A DNA stretch of 63,162 nucleotides, the filler included, from Octopus bimaculoides (Eukaryota), in NCBI RefSeq assembly GCF_001194135.2. It is 5 parts of 5 records of this genome, joined end to end, with 100 filler letters (N's around TTAATTAATTAA, not from the genome) between each part and the next. Parts side by side here need not be neighbours in the genome. Positions count along the whole stretch, not along the records: positions 19,111 to 27,712 come from NC_068995.1; positions 27,813 to 48,279 come from NC_068991.1; 3 more parts are not named here. The stretch is one strand, 5' to 3'. Shown in pieces: positions 24,074 to 38,227 of this stretch. The notes under the pieces are model-generated. The model did no database searches. It had not been told where the DNA came from and worked only from the letters and a program-made list of their open reading frames with translations. Every line of letters begins with the position of its first letter. The first letter of the stretch is position 1. A program made the position numbers and the translations under genes.

Positions 24074-24383
24074 CAGAGGCGGTAATACAGCCATGATCCA
24101 GTAACTGGAGGGGCTATCCGTTACAGATGGAGATCCAATGTTTCAAGTGCCTTTCTCTTGTAATGAGGCTGGTGTTGCTGCTGTTGGAGATGGTTTTAAT
24201 GTTTGTCGAGATGGGATTGTCGATGGCGTAGTTATTGATGGTTTGATAGTATAGAATCGGTAGTGATGGTCATGGGGTGGTGACGGTATCGGTGACCGCA
24301 GTGGCGGTGATGGTGTTGGTAACTCAATGTTTCGATATTGAAGATGCGCTTGACGATGACGATGATGATGATGATGATGATGA

Positions 24384-24431
<48 letters not shown>

Positions 24432-24479
24432 TGAAGATGATGGTGATGATGATGATGATGATGATGCTGATGATGATGG

Positions 24480-24510
<31 letters not shown>

Positions 24511-24969
24511 AGTGATAACGGCACTCTTGTTANNNNNNNNNNNNNNNNNNNNNNNNNNNNNNNNNNNNNNNNNNNNNNNNNNNNNNNNNNNNNNNNNNNN
24601 NNNNNNNNNNNNNNNNNNNNNNNNNNNNNNNNNNNNNNNNNNNNNNNNNNNNNNNNNNNNNNNNNNNNNNNNNNNNNNNNNNNNNNNNNNNNNNNNNNNN
24701 NNNNNNNNNNNNNNNNNNNNNNNNNNNNNNNNNNNNNNNNNNNNNNNNNNNNNNNNNNNNNNNNNNNNNNNNNNNNNNNNNNNNNNNNNNNNNNNNNNNN
24801 NNNNNNNNNNNNNNNNNNNNNNNNNNGACGACGACGACGACGACGACGACGATGAAGATGATGGTGATGATGATTATTATGATGATGATGATGACGACGA
24901 CGACGACGACGACGACGACGATGAAGATGATGGTGATGATGATGATGATGATGATGCTGATGATGATGG

Positions 24970-25000
<31 letters not shown>

Positions 25001-25020
25001 AGTGATAACGGCACTCTTGT
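23750..25020. repeat. (GAT/GAC)n and (GA)n microsatellite region
   Basis: Directly visible. Confidence 0.95.
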
Positions 25021-25713
25021 TAGTTGTGGTATTGTAGTCACTGGTGCTGATGGCTGTTGTGGGAAATGCAGAACTCGTCTGAGGTCGCGATGATGGCATG
25101 TATTGTTGGTAACTAGTGATCGGGCTGATGGCGTTGCCGATTTAGGTAATGACGCTATTGGAAGATGGGTGGGGCGGGGGTCGATGACGACGGAGCGGGT
25201 TAATACAAACAGATATGGTGGTGGTGGTGGTGGTGGTGGTGACATTTGTAGCGTTTGTGGCAGGCGGGAGGCGGGAGGGCTGGTAGCGTTGGTGGCGGCG
25301 GCGGTGATAGCGCTGCGGCCGATGTGATAATAATGTTACTGCTCTTGGTGTAGAATGGGATCAACTGAGAATGCCATTCTATCGGAGATCATATCGATGA
25401 TGCTCTACATGATGATGATGATGGTCATGGTCAAGGTGACGGTGGTGGTGGTGGTGGTGGTGTTGGAGGTGGTGGAGTGGGATGACATTGTGTCTCATTT
25501 GTTTGCTTGAAGTGAGTTTTGTTTTATTTACACAATGTGTGCTGTTTACCGAAATGGTGACTGTTTTTCGGTGTTGATGTTGGTGATGTTTGAAGGAGAA
25601 ATGTTATTGTTTAAACACACAAACACGCCCTCACCACACACACACACACAAACACAAGCGTGCGCACACATATGCACACTTATTTGTATGAGCACTATAT
25701 GTATATATATGTG

Positions 25714-25744
<31 letters not shown>

Positions 25745-25988
25745 AAATACATTTATGTATATACACATGTTAATATATATATATATATACATATATATAC
25801 ATGTATACATGTAATACAAGCTTGCAAATATATCCCTATGCATACATATATGTAGGTATATGTGTACACCTATAAGTACCAGAAATTGATGCTATATATA
25901 TAAACGCACATACATACATACACACATGCACACACACATAGACACATACATGCATACATGCATATATATATACGTACATACATACATA

Positions 25989-26019
<31 letters not shown>

Positions 26020-26562
26020 NNNNNNNNNNNNNNNNNNNNNNNNNNNNNNNNNNNNNNNNNNNNNNNNNNNNNNNNNNNNNNNNNNNNNNNNNNNNNNNNN
26101 NNNNNNNNNNNNNNNNNNNNNNNNNNNNNNNNNNNNNNNNNNNNNNNNNNNNNNNNNNNNNNNNNNNNNNNNNNNNNNNNNNNNNNNNNNNNNNNNNNNN
26201 NNNNNNNNNNNNNNNNNNNNNNNNNNNNNNNNNNNNNNNNNNNNNNNNNNNNNNNNNNNNNNNNNNNNNNNNNNNNNNNNNNNNNNNNNNNNNNNNNNNN
26301 NNNNNNNNNNNNNNNNNNNNNNNNNNNNNNNNNNNNNNNNNNNNNNNNNNNNNNNNNNNNNNNNNNNNNNNNNNNNNNNNNNNNNNNNNNNNNNNNNNNN
26401 NNNNNNNNNNNNNNNNNNNNNNNNNNNNNNNNNNNNNNNNNNNNNNNNNNNNNNNNNNNNNNNNNNNNNNNNNNNNNNNNNNNNNNNNNNNNNNNNNNNN
26501 NNNNNNNNNNNNNNNNNNNNNNNNNNNNNNNNNNNNNNNNNNNNNNNNNNNNNNNNNNNNNN

Positions 26563-26610
<48 letters not shown>

Positions 26611-26830
26611 CACAAATAAAAATGTCATCGTTGTCATGTTCGCGGTTACATCTTCTGTGATAGTGGTAGTAGTGGTTGTAGAAGTTATTGTTTTTCCTTT
26701 GTTAATATTTTATACACATGCATACATACATACAAACATACATATATATATATATACATACATTCATATATACATACATGTATACATAGTTACATATATG
26801 CTTACACATATACATACACACATATATATA

Positions 26831-26867
<37 letters not shown>

Positions 26868-27239
26868 GAACATATGCAGTTGTGTGTATATATGTACATG
26901 CATGTGTGCGTATGCGTGCACTTGTGTGTGTGTGTTAGTGTTCTTGTATATTCTTCTATAACTCAACCCTTTCGTTTTCATCCTCATCTTCATCGTCGTC
27001 GGCATTTCACAGCGTCTTCATCTTTGATGTCCGGATCGACTTTATTATCTTCTCCATCATCGCTGAAGTCATTTTGACGACTATGACAAAGATGCTGTTG
27101 GTGGTGGTGGTGGTGGTGCTGCTGCTGCTGTTGCCACTGCTGCTGTTTCTGCTTCTTCTGCTGCTGCCGATGATGATCGTTGTCATGAAGATGACAATGA
27201 CGACGATGACAGCATCATCATCACAATCATCGTTATCAT

Positions 27240-27273
27240 CCCAATTATCATCGCCTTGGACGTCGTCATCGTT

Positions 27274-27310
<37 letters not shown>

Positions 27311-27518
27311 CCATCGTCATCATTGTCGCCGTCGTCGTCGTCGTAATCATCATCATCGCCGTCGTCGTTGTCATCAACATTATCAGCATCATATCACCCG
27401 CCCCGCCCCATCATCATCATCATCATTATCGTTGTCGTTGTCATCGTCATCAACATCATCACCATCACCCTCACCGCCACCGTCATCATCATCATCATCA
27501 CCATCATCGTCGTCGTCG

Positions 27519-27569
<51 letters not shown>

Positions 27570-27712
27570 CTCTTTTCTCACTCCTTCTCCTCCTCCTACT
27601 CCTCTTAATAATCGCCACCGTCTTATTGTTTCCTCCTTTTTAACCACTTCCGATTGTCTTCCCAACAACAATACCGCATACTGCTACTGCTGAGACAGCC
27701 TATATCATCATC
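27240..27712. repeat. Degenerate (CAT/CGT)n microsatellite
   Basis: Directly visible. Confidence 0.95.
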
Positions 27713-28699
27713 NNNNNNNNNNNNNNNNNNNNNNNNNNNNNNNNNNNNNNNNNNNNTTAATTAATTAANNNNNNNNNNNNNNNNNNNNNNNNNNNNNNNN
27801 NNNNNNNNNNNNATGATATATATAACTGGAACCGAATCAAAGCTAGAAATCTATAAAAGAATTTATAAGAATTAAAATGAAAAGAATTCAGTCTATTTAC
27901 TTCCAGTGTTGATATATCAAAACTTACATATGACAAAATATTTTCTCGGTGAGAGGAAGACACTTTTGCAGATGGGCCATTGGTTATACTGTATACAAGT
28001 GGGAGAAAGAGAGAAAATAAATAAGTATATCGGCTGATTTCCATCGCCTTTATTTTTACAGATATCCTACTGTTTATGGTACCACACTGATAATGACGTG
28101 GCGTAAAGATACACGTCAGATATATCCGGTAAGTACTGAACATGCGTTCACTCACTTCCGGAACGGGCGCACGTATATCTATCTATCTATCTATCTATCT
28201 GTTCGTCTGCCTGTATGTCTGTCTATCTGTCTACGTATCTATCTACCCGTCTATCTCTTTCTCTTACGCACACACACACAACACAAACACACACACACAC
28301 ATGACTTATATATAAACACTCATACAAAATATTTCATATCCTATTGGAAGGGAGAATGTTAAACGAATACTACGAAATACAAGCGTGTGTTTAAGATGCG
28401 AATTTTTCCTAATCACATGGTTCGCATGGTTCCATGTTCAGTAGCACTGTGCTGCATTTTTGCAAGGGACAGGTTGGTGAAAGCTTTGTGAGTGCACATT
28501 GGTAGTTGTATAGATATATATCTGTGTATGTGTCTGTGCGTGCGCATGTATGTACATACATATATAGTAATAATAAAAATAATAATCCATGGATGAAATT
28601 TATAAATATTTTGGTGTTTTAGTGATACAACACAGACATCTAAATTGATAGGGTTTCTCTAAGGATATAGCAGTACTTGTCAGCACAATTTTTTTTTAC

Positions 28700-29330
28700 T
28701 TCTCCGAGACATGGTTCTCTTGGGATCTTATCTAGATGTTTCTGACATCCCTTTTTTATCATACCAAGACACTGACAATAACAGAAATAGTTCTCACTTT
28801 AAGNNNNNNNNNNNNNNNNNNNNNNNNNNNNNNNNNNNNNNNNNNNNNNNNNNNNNNNNNNNNNNNNNNNNNNNNNNNNNNNNNNNNNNNNNNNNNNNNN
28901 NNNTCATGATTTGCAGTATCAGGTGGACGGTATAGTGTGCATATTATTACATCTAGGTGTTTTATATACACAATGACTGTGCTACAGACTTAATTTGAAT
29001 ACGCCAACAAGGTTAAGGCTGTAACATTTTCACAGATGTACATGGCGATTCCTCCGTGGCATTTTTTTTTCTGTCAGTATGAAACACAGCATGCTTAGGC
29101 ATGTGTTTCTCTGCACCATTTATTTACTCTGATAGATATATTACTTTAATTGCTATATAAATTATTTCGTAAGTGCTGTAGAAAAGTGTCTCATATATGA
29201 GATATTGTTTTTAATGCTAAGCTGCAACAAACCTCTTATATTCAACAGCAGTATTGGCGCGATGTCTGGCTTTACAGTAACGGTGGCCGTCCTCGATCTA
29301 TTAGTTGTGGTGACCCTGTATGTGGATGAC
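28700..29330 (-). mobile_element. APE-endonuclease fragment of a LINE (CR1/L2/Jockey-type), gapped
   Basis: Minus strand ILLLNIRGL (APE N-terminal motif) and DVIICTLYRPPDT (YRPP motif) occur in the correct order. Confidence 0.65.
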
Positions 29331-30389
29331 AGCTGTTTGCGTATTTTTTTATACCACACTCTAAACATTCTTATACTTGACTGCTACAATTTACATTTCA
29401 TCTGCATGAAGTATNNNNNNNNNNNNNNNNNNNNNNNNNNNNNNNNNNNNNNNNNNNNNNNNNNNNNNNNNNNNNNNNNNNNNNNNNNNNNNNNNNNNNN
29501 NNNNNNNNNNNNNNNNNNNNNNNNNNNNNNNNNNNNNNNNNNNNNNNNNNNNNNNNNNNNNNNNNNNNNNNNNNNNNNNNNNNNNNNNNNNNNNNNNNNN
29601 NNNNNNNNNNNNNNNNNNNNNNNNNNNNNNNNNNNNNNNNNNNNNNNNNNNNNNNNNNNNNNNNNNNNNNNNNNNNNNNNNNNNNNNNNNNNNNNNNNNN
29701 NNNNNNNNNNNNNNNNNNNNNNNNNNNNNNNNNNNNNNNNNNNNNNNNNNNNNNNNNNNNNNNNNNNNNNNNNNNNNNNNNNNNNNNNNNNNNNNNNNNN
29801 NNNNNNNNNNNNNNNNNNNNNNNNNNNNNNNNNNNNNNNNNNNNNNNNNNNNNNNNNNNNNNNNNNNNNNNNNNNNNNNNNNNNNNNNNNNNNNNNNNNN
29901 NNNNNNNNNNNNNNNNNNNNNNNNNNNNNNNNNNNNNNNNNNNNNNNNNNNNNNNNNNNNNNNNNNNNNNNNNNNNNNNNNNNNNNNNNNNNNNNNNNNN
30001 NNNNNNNNNNNNNNNNNNNNNNNNNNNNNNNNNNNNNNNNNNNNNNNNNNNNNNTGGCCCACTTCGCTGTTCCCGATTCGTGGAAAATGTTTTCAATCCG
30101 TTGGATGAATTGTGGTTTCATATAGTGACCGAAAATTTAGAAGTTTTACTGTTTCCTACAGTTGAAACATTCCCGCCCAATGCTTTTAATTCTTTTGGGA
30201 CATTGTGTAGAAAAGATCTTGCTACGTTTACTGTTATGTAAATGTGGTAACACGACTGCATGTCTTTTCACTTTCTGCGTTCTCATTTTATTTGCCATGG
30301 CAGATTTGAAAGGAAAATATTCTACCTCTTAGAGGGATATGACTACATTCAAATTTACAGTTCGATTATATTGAAGTCACTGAGGTTCA

Positions 30390-30560
30390 CTAGGAACGAA
30401 CATTTATTCGGAATTTTGGAGCAACAGTTGAGGAGATGCTTCCCTGTCCCATCGTCGCTCGAATGAGCTAAATATGGGTTTACTTAAAGAATGACTCAAA
30501 TTCCCCTTAAAACAGTTCAGAACCTGTACAGGTCAATTCCTCGACGTATTGTTCAACTGA
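30390..30560 (+). mobile_element. Tc1 transposase C-terminal remnant
   Basis: EHLFGILEQQLRRCFPVPSSL...IPLKTVQNLYRSIPRRI matches the Tc1 C-terminus (IEHLW..LE.Q.R..YPPP...IP...V..LY.SIPRRI). Confidence 0.6.
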
Positions 30561-31376
30561 ACATGTACGCACTGATACAGGAATGGATGGCATTGCAGAT
30601 ATGAATTATATTTTACATAATTTGTCAGCACCTTTGAGGACAAGGAGCTGAAATTTGAATGCAGGTGTTCTTTTTGGTTTTGTGACTCCCAACTTCTCAG
30701 GAGTGGTACCGTGGCACTTTCACACACAGTTAATATCTGCAGTGGTTATTAGTAGAAATCAAAACACTTTGTACTTGCAGATCTTTCAAAACCTTTAATA
30801 TTATGCTGACTTCTGTTGGGCAAACGATTTCAGCTGTATATATAAAGAACAAAATAAAGTGGATAGTTTCCGANNNNNNNNNNNNNNNNNNNNNNNNNNN
30901 NNNNNNNNNNNNNNNNNNNNNNNNNNNNNNNNNNNNNNNNNNNNNNNNNNNNNNNNNNNNNNNNNNNNNNNNNATTGAATGACTGAGCATCTCACACACG
31001 CTGATATGTTTAATGTAATTCTTAGTTTCATTGAGCGTAAAATAGCGTTTAAGAAGGTTCTATATGTGGACTATACCTACAACCCATCCGATGATCTACT
31101 TTACAGTTTCCATCAAACTATACTCACAATTTTTGGATCGATATACTATAGAAAATTACATTTCCTTAAGATGCAACGAAATAAAAAAAATCAAATCCAT
31201 GCCCACATGATTCTTTTTCTGGCATCTGTCTTTCGTGTAAACAGACGTCCTTTACGACTTTTCCCATTCTGACAGGAATCCAGGATAAGTGAGTTCCATG
31301 GATATATATCGTCATGCAGGATTGCTGAAATCTATAAGTCTTTTTTTCATTTTCTCTCTGTTTATTTTCTTTTATT

Positions 31377-31414
31377 ATTTTCTGTTGAAGAGTGTAGGCT
31401 CGAAACGTAAAAGA
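31377..31414 (+). ncRNA. Minimal type-I hammerhead ribozyme motif in a Penelope-type terminal repeat
   Basis: AUUUU-CUGUUGA-A-GAGU GUAG GCUC-GAA ACGU A-AAAGA; one core mismatch (A6 to U). Confidence 0.55.
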
Positions 31415-31499
31415 CATTTTCATTTTCCTGAGCGTGAAACAAATACACTTGCTTGTTGTTCATACACCTGTCTTCGTCTTTTGCTTTCCTATAAATTTC

Positions 31500-31559
<60 letters not shown>

Positions 31560-31664
31560 NNNNNNNNNNNNNNNNNNNNNNNNNNNNNNNNNNNNNNNNN
31601 NNNNNNNNNNNNNNNNNNNNNNNNNNNNNNNNNNNNNNNNNNNNNNNNNNNNNNNNNNNNNNNN

Positions 31665-31720
<56 letters not shown>

Positions 31721-33679
31721 TGTGTGTTTGTGCCTGTGTCTGTCTGTATCTGTGTCAATTTGCGTGTTTATGTGATATGTGGTATAGATAATAAAATACG
31801 TTAAAGGTAGTCTGTATAATCAGTTTAGTGTTGTTCAGTTCCTGCTCCAAAAACATTTGGGGAAAATACAAGTTTCACATAGTGGAATTATAAATTCATA
31901 ACGGTTCTAGAGAATTCTTACAAGCATAAGTATATAGATAAATATATATTTCTCGATATGTTTTTACTTATAATTTCGCCTTTGATTTAGATTTTACATC
32001 GAAATGGATTGATTTTTTATGACAGTGTAAACAATAAATTAAGAAAGCAATATATAGCATACACTAAACCATACTTTGATATTGACTTTGGTTAGCAGCA
32101 AGCAAGTTTTATAACAATGGTGAAATATATTTTTAATTTGAAATGGCTTAGGTTTGAGTGTGTATGGCGTTTGTTTAATCCTATATAAAATGTCTCGAGA
32201 AATTGAATGTCTGTAAATGAATTAGTTGTAAAAACTGAATTAGTGTAAAAAAAATGAATTAGTGTAAAAACAAAACAAAAGCGTAGCTTGTTAGTATGAT
32301 TAAGTTCAGTTTTATTGCAGCATATTTCCAAATGTTACTTAATGATAGTTATTTGACATTAAAGTCGCTAATTAGCTACGTGTACTCGTATATGTTTTGA
32401 TAATGAAACTTAGTCTTGCCAATTTATATCTTACAGTTCAGATCAAAGTTTGGCTTTGCCATCAACTGCCTCAAGTTTTTCTTTAAACATGTTTGATTGG
32501 TAATCAAATAATTTGATTTATTACTTTGCCTCATAAAAGACAAGTTTGATTGAAAACGGTAAACATTTTCTGATTACGTGGATTAGGTTCACAAAATGGC
32601 TTCTGTTCTTATTTTAGAGGTTGCTCCAAGTTGTTATCTGGGTATTTGTTTCACACATTCAATAAAATTTTGTACAAGTTACCTCGGATTGTTTTGTTTA
32701 AACAGAAATTGTATTTGTTCTGTGAGTCGTTCTTTTCTGATACTAATAGCGATGACATAAATTTTCCAGGCTACACACTGTGGAAAGTTACGATCTGTAC
32801 GTACTAAACTGAAAGATTTAAATTCCTGGTACCTATGTGTATCTGTGACTTTATAATATATATATATGATGTTGGTATTTTTTAGAATTGCAGTTATTTC
32901 GGGAAACCGCAATTTTGCTATGTTCGTCTCCTATGCAAACTTCAGAGTTTGGTGAAAATTGTTCAGAAGAATACTCAAGTCTGCTAAAGTGTCTCTAAAT
33001 TTTGTTTAATAAGGAAACAGTCATCAAACAAGCATTTGCGTACCCCTTGTATATTTTCAAACTTCAGTACAACTGTTTTCTTGCAATTTTTGAAGATAGT
33101 GTTTCGCATTTTTAAAGAATGTATTAGTTTCAAGATAGGGCTAAGAGCATCTGATATTACAGTTCATTGTAAATCTTCTGAGAATTACCAGATAAATAAG
33201 TATAATTGAAGAGCTGATTTTTTAAACACAGATGTAGTTCAAGGTGAAGAAAAGCAGGCATATATTCCGCAGAATATATAAGGTGGATGGAAAGTAGTGT
33301 CAGGCAAATTGGCTAGAACATTTCTTGGGTTTCGGAATAGGAAGTAAAAGATCCAATTATCACCAAGGTGAGGACTCCTATTCGTATTGGGTGCAAATGA
33401 AAGGTGGAAGAGACCCCGGACGAAATTAGTGCACAGACAGAGTAAAACTTTTGGGTGCGGAGCAGAATGGCAGAAGAAATGTGGATTTTCTACTTACAAA
33501 TACAGTAATTCAGTACGTCGAATCGGAGTGAAAGGGAAAGGAGGAACTGTAAAGGTAGGAGAACATAAAGTTCAGTGTGTATGTGTACGGTGGGACGAAG
33601 TAGATCTGGAACGTAATTCGTGGAACAACGTATTTTCGAGATATACAATATCGATCCGATTTGTAACTGAATTCTCATC

Positions 33680-34545
33680 TGTAGAGGACAGAATCTTTGC
33701 TTTAGTTGTTTTCAACAGAATAATAACTCACTTGGTAAATCATGTTTATCCTGAATCCTTAGGACTGGGAGAGAAACTATTGACATGATATATATATATA
33801 TTGCTTGCGGCAGGTTACAGAGGAAGTACGGGAGAAGAAGAGTGAATTATTTATGGTCTTTGATGACTTAACAAAGGGTTTTGGTTTCGTCTGTCGTGAT
33901 GTGGTCAAGAGATTGGGATTCCTAAAAAATGCCCAGTGTTATAACTGGGCATTTTGTTCCATGCAACACATACAAGCTTCTGTTAAATCAGATGGCACTT
34001 CGTCAGATCCTCTCGTGTAAAAGGTTTGACAAAGCAGTGGTGCATAATGGCTCTTGTGTTTAATGTACTGTTTACTTTTCTATGATGCCAGAGTATGCAT
34101 TCAAGGACAATAATATTGGTGTTTTATTTGAATTTAAAACATCAGGTGGGCTCTTCAGTCACCGAAGATTTAAGATGGAGACCTTTACTAGGACGAAAAT
34201 GCATTTAGGCTTCTTGTTTGCAAATGATTCGGCTCTAGTAGTTAATTCTTTCCTGGGAGCTCAAGAAATCGTAAGCTGGTTTTCCTTTGCGGCAAAAGCG
34301 TTTGGCCTAACGATACGTGTGAAAAACATAGAACCTATATACCAGCCAAGACCAACATTTATCCAAAGAAGAGGCATAACACTACCAGTCTTCAATACAG
34401 TTCACTAGCGAGTAAAGGTCTTGCAGACAACAAGCCTCTAAAGTATGTGAAATCCTTCTTATACTTAGGAAGTAAAATCAACTCTAGTGCTTCTTTAGAT
34501 GGTGAACACAGATTGAGCACTTAGGTGGGCTAAGGCCTGGTCAAA
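33680..34545 (+). mobile_element. RTE (BovB-like) LINE reverse transcriptase fragment, decayed
   Basis: LFMVFDDLTKGF...FKTSGGLFSHRRFK...FLFANDSALV...FSFAAKAFGLTI..K..IYQPRP...FLYLGS; the FADD motif has decayed to FAND. Confidence 0.85.
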
Positions 34546-34697
34546 AGAATGCAATTCCTTTTCAACGTTTCGTGTGTGAAGGATGCGGAATGGTTTGCAA
34601 AAACAAAACAACTCTATATCTTACAGAAGACACAAACCGTGAAATATAGAGTAAGACAGAATGCAAAATTCTTACGAGAGAGTCCATCATATAATGC

Positions 34698-34739
<42 letters not shown>

Positions 34740-36129
34740 ACACCGATATATATATGTATGTAGTTATGTAATGTATATGCAGAACATTTGGAATATTGTA
34801 CACCACTGACAAACATATCTTGTATACGTTATCGTACTATATTTCAGGTACACGTGCTTAAAATATCAAATATCAAAACAAACGAGATCACGTTTCAATT
34901 AAGTACTCGACGCATCGTATGATGCAGAGTAACAAATTTATTCAGAAGCTTCAGCATCTCTACTTTTAGGGAGTCATTTCTATTTTATGAGATGTGTGTT
35001 CCGAAATACAAATTGTTTCTAAATACATAATGTTAGTTATTTTTTCCGGACTTAGGAGGAGGACAGGCAGTTTTGAACAAAAAACATTACTTGACATAAA
35101 ACGAAAAAAATATCAACATCCTTCACCATCTCCAGTTTTTCCGCTTTAATATGCATTCACCTTTTAAGTCGTGATAATGATGTCCATAAAGATAAACCTA
35201 GATTATACAAGAAAAACTACAATAAATTCCTCCAGATCACAAATTTAATCAATAAAATAAAACAGCATCGAAAAATTGAAGCATATTGCTTTTTAATGTA
35301 ACAAAAATTATGAAATAATTTATCTAAGATCCATAGCAGATTAGAACTGCCATACCGGCAAGGTTGAGCAAAGCGATGTAGAAGAAGCTGAAAAATAAAA
35401 TTCAGTCATCAGTTGGACATGTCTGATACCATTCTTCAACAATTCATATACAAGCAAAAGTTCGAAATATTTTGTAATTATTTACATTTCTGTTATTTTA
35501 CAGATTTAGGCAACATTGAACGTTAAGTGGGATCTATCAATAAAAGCAACGATCAAGGTGCTGCATTAGATGTTGTCACTCACAATTCTTTATATTCTTT
35601 ATATGTTCCCATTCCTTAAAGAACTTCCCATTTCAAAAAGATCTACCTAAGGTAAACTCAAATGGATCCTACTCTTTGAACATAAAATACAATCTTAATT
35701 GTCTACTGATTTTGATAAGGATCTACGATGAGCTACACTTGCAAATAATCGAAACTCAAATGTAATTCAACCGTCTGGATGCAGGCATAAATGCATGTAT
35801 ATGAAGTTTTTCCCCCATCGCAATTACACTGACTGCTTACATCGATAAATGCCTTCAACCTTAACCCTCATACTGAAAACTGTCTTGTGAGTAATATGAT
35901 ATCTATCTATCTATCATTCTTTTTTTTTTCTCTCTCTCTCTCNNNNNNNNNNCTCTCTCTCCATCTATCTATCTATCTATCTATCTATCTATTTGTCTAT
36001 CTATCTATCTATCAATCTCTTTATGTGTGGTATATGTGTGTATATACTTACGTGCATATTATCCCCCACTCCTTTCATACTACCCCATCCACTTTAAGTC
36101 CACAGACTCTCACTCCTACTGCAGCTTCT

Positions 36130-36930
36130 CTTCCTCCCACCATACCCACACTAATCTGTCGATCCCGTAATTTCAGTTCCTCTGTCTCCACCGGCTCTGT
36201 AGTATCGATCATGACTTCGAGACACAATCGCAACTCGTGACTCGTCACTTCACCCTACCACCGTTATCCAAACCGTCCTAGCCCTTGAACGACCTCTTGA
36301 CCGTACATCCAGTCTCTGCACCAGCGTAACCCTTATTCGCCTCCCTTCCACCTTACCTTCCATCCCTCTACCCTACCTTTTCAATATGCCATTTTACGTA
36401 CTTTCTGCAAACTCCTATCCGATCCCATCACCTTCCACATCTGCTTCAACCCACCTCTCCCTTCCTTTAAGCACCTCCGTAAACTATATGACCTTCTGGT
36501 CTGTAGCTTCTTTCCCACTCCTGGCATTCAATCTGGCTCCTTCCCTTGCTTTCGCCCGCGCTGCCACGCGTGTCCCTTCCCCTCCAACACCATTATCTTC
36601 ATTGGCACGGACCACCGGCTCGACCACATCACCGATGCATTCACCTGCACCTCCAGAAATTTAATCAACTCCAGTGTCTGCTATCTCTATCAAACTGGCC
36701 GTGCCGAACATCTTTCGGACAGCAAACTTGGGAATGACACCACAGTAACACGTCATCTCTATTCAACGACTCATTCCTTACAACATCTTTCTGTGTTTGG
36801 ACTGGTTTTGCACAGAGGTCACCCGAACTTTCGCCTCCATCGTGAGCGAGAATTTATTTTCTCTCTCCGTTCTTCAGCCCCTATCGTTTCAATTCTTCTC
36901 CCTTCATTTCAACCCACATCCACGCGAATA
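36130..36930 (+). mobile_element. Penelope-like element 3' part with GIY-YIG endonuclease, decayed
   Basis: GSFPCFRPRCHACPF..FTCTSRNLI..LYQTGR..VTRHLYSTTHSLQHLSVFGLVLHRG..R..RE.EFIFSL: the Cys-linker plus GIY-YIG layout of PLEs. Confidence 0.8.
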
Positions 36931-38227
36931 TACTCACACATCATACACATCCCACCAACCACAGCCCCTCCTCTTCTACCCCATAAACGCCTTCGCTACA
37001 GTGTTTCACTCATTACCACATCATAGACATCATTATGCCTATACAGCATATATATACGCCTACAAACATGCACACATAAACACACACACAAACACACACA
37101 CAATACTCTTTCCCACTCCCCAAACACTAGCACTCACACTTGCACGCACAAACATTCCTCCCATTCAACACAAATCACCACCTACATATCCCTTCCTTCT
37201 CCATAGGGACAATAGTAAGGTCGACCTACCTACATCCTCCTACAACACACACATACGTCAGATAGTCTCACACACACGTACCGGCTCTCTTACACACATA
37301 TACATACGCACAAACACAGAATATGCACACTATCTTCATACACATACACTTTATCCAGCAGTCCCAAACACACACACACACAACTAAAACTGGGACACAC
37401 AGACACACTTCACTCTCTCATATACATACACATGCGCATAAGTACACACATTCATATGCATATGCTGTGTATTCCTTTCTTTAAAGTCATCAATCAATCT
37501 TGCCTGTGTAGTGTCTTGTGATGTCATTGGATAATGTGAGGGTGGTTGTGTAGACAACAGCCCTTATGAGGCAGATTCTCTCTTTCTCTCCCTAGCTCTA
37601 CCAAATCTCCATCGAATGGCAAATCTACTTAGCCCACATCAATATCGCATTGTATCAGACACATCGCACGAGTACACCAGTCCACATGCAAACACACACA
37701 CATAACCGACACACACACACACAACTGATACACAAGCAGCTGATGTGCACAGCTGACATACATAGCAATGTATAGATGCACACAAGAACACACACACATA
37801 GCTGATACGCACCGCACCCACAAGCGCATACCCCCTCGCAAAAGCATACATACACACGATCGATATGATGCCATCAGCCCTCACCCACATGCTAAAGCTT
37901 ATATGTGCACATACCCAAACACATACATACATACACACCTTCATCGGCAATCAGTGTTGCTTAAGTTCTCCTGAATACTATCTAGACAGCGTGTTCAAGA
38001 AATTCTAGATTCGGATCTCTATTCCGATAGATTTGATTTTGCTGAAATTTCAATGCTATTTCCAACACTATGTGACCTGCATTGACCAATAGCAGCCTAG
38101 ATTTCAGTAGCTATCTTGGACTTTCTAACATCTCTCGATTCGTCCGTCTGAGTACGAGGAGCTTGGTTCTTGTTAGGAGCCCACGAAACTAATTTGCGTG
38201 ACGCCGAACCAAACTGTTTTAAGTAAT

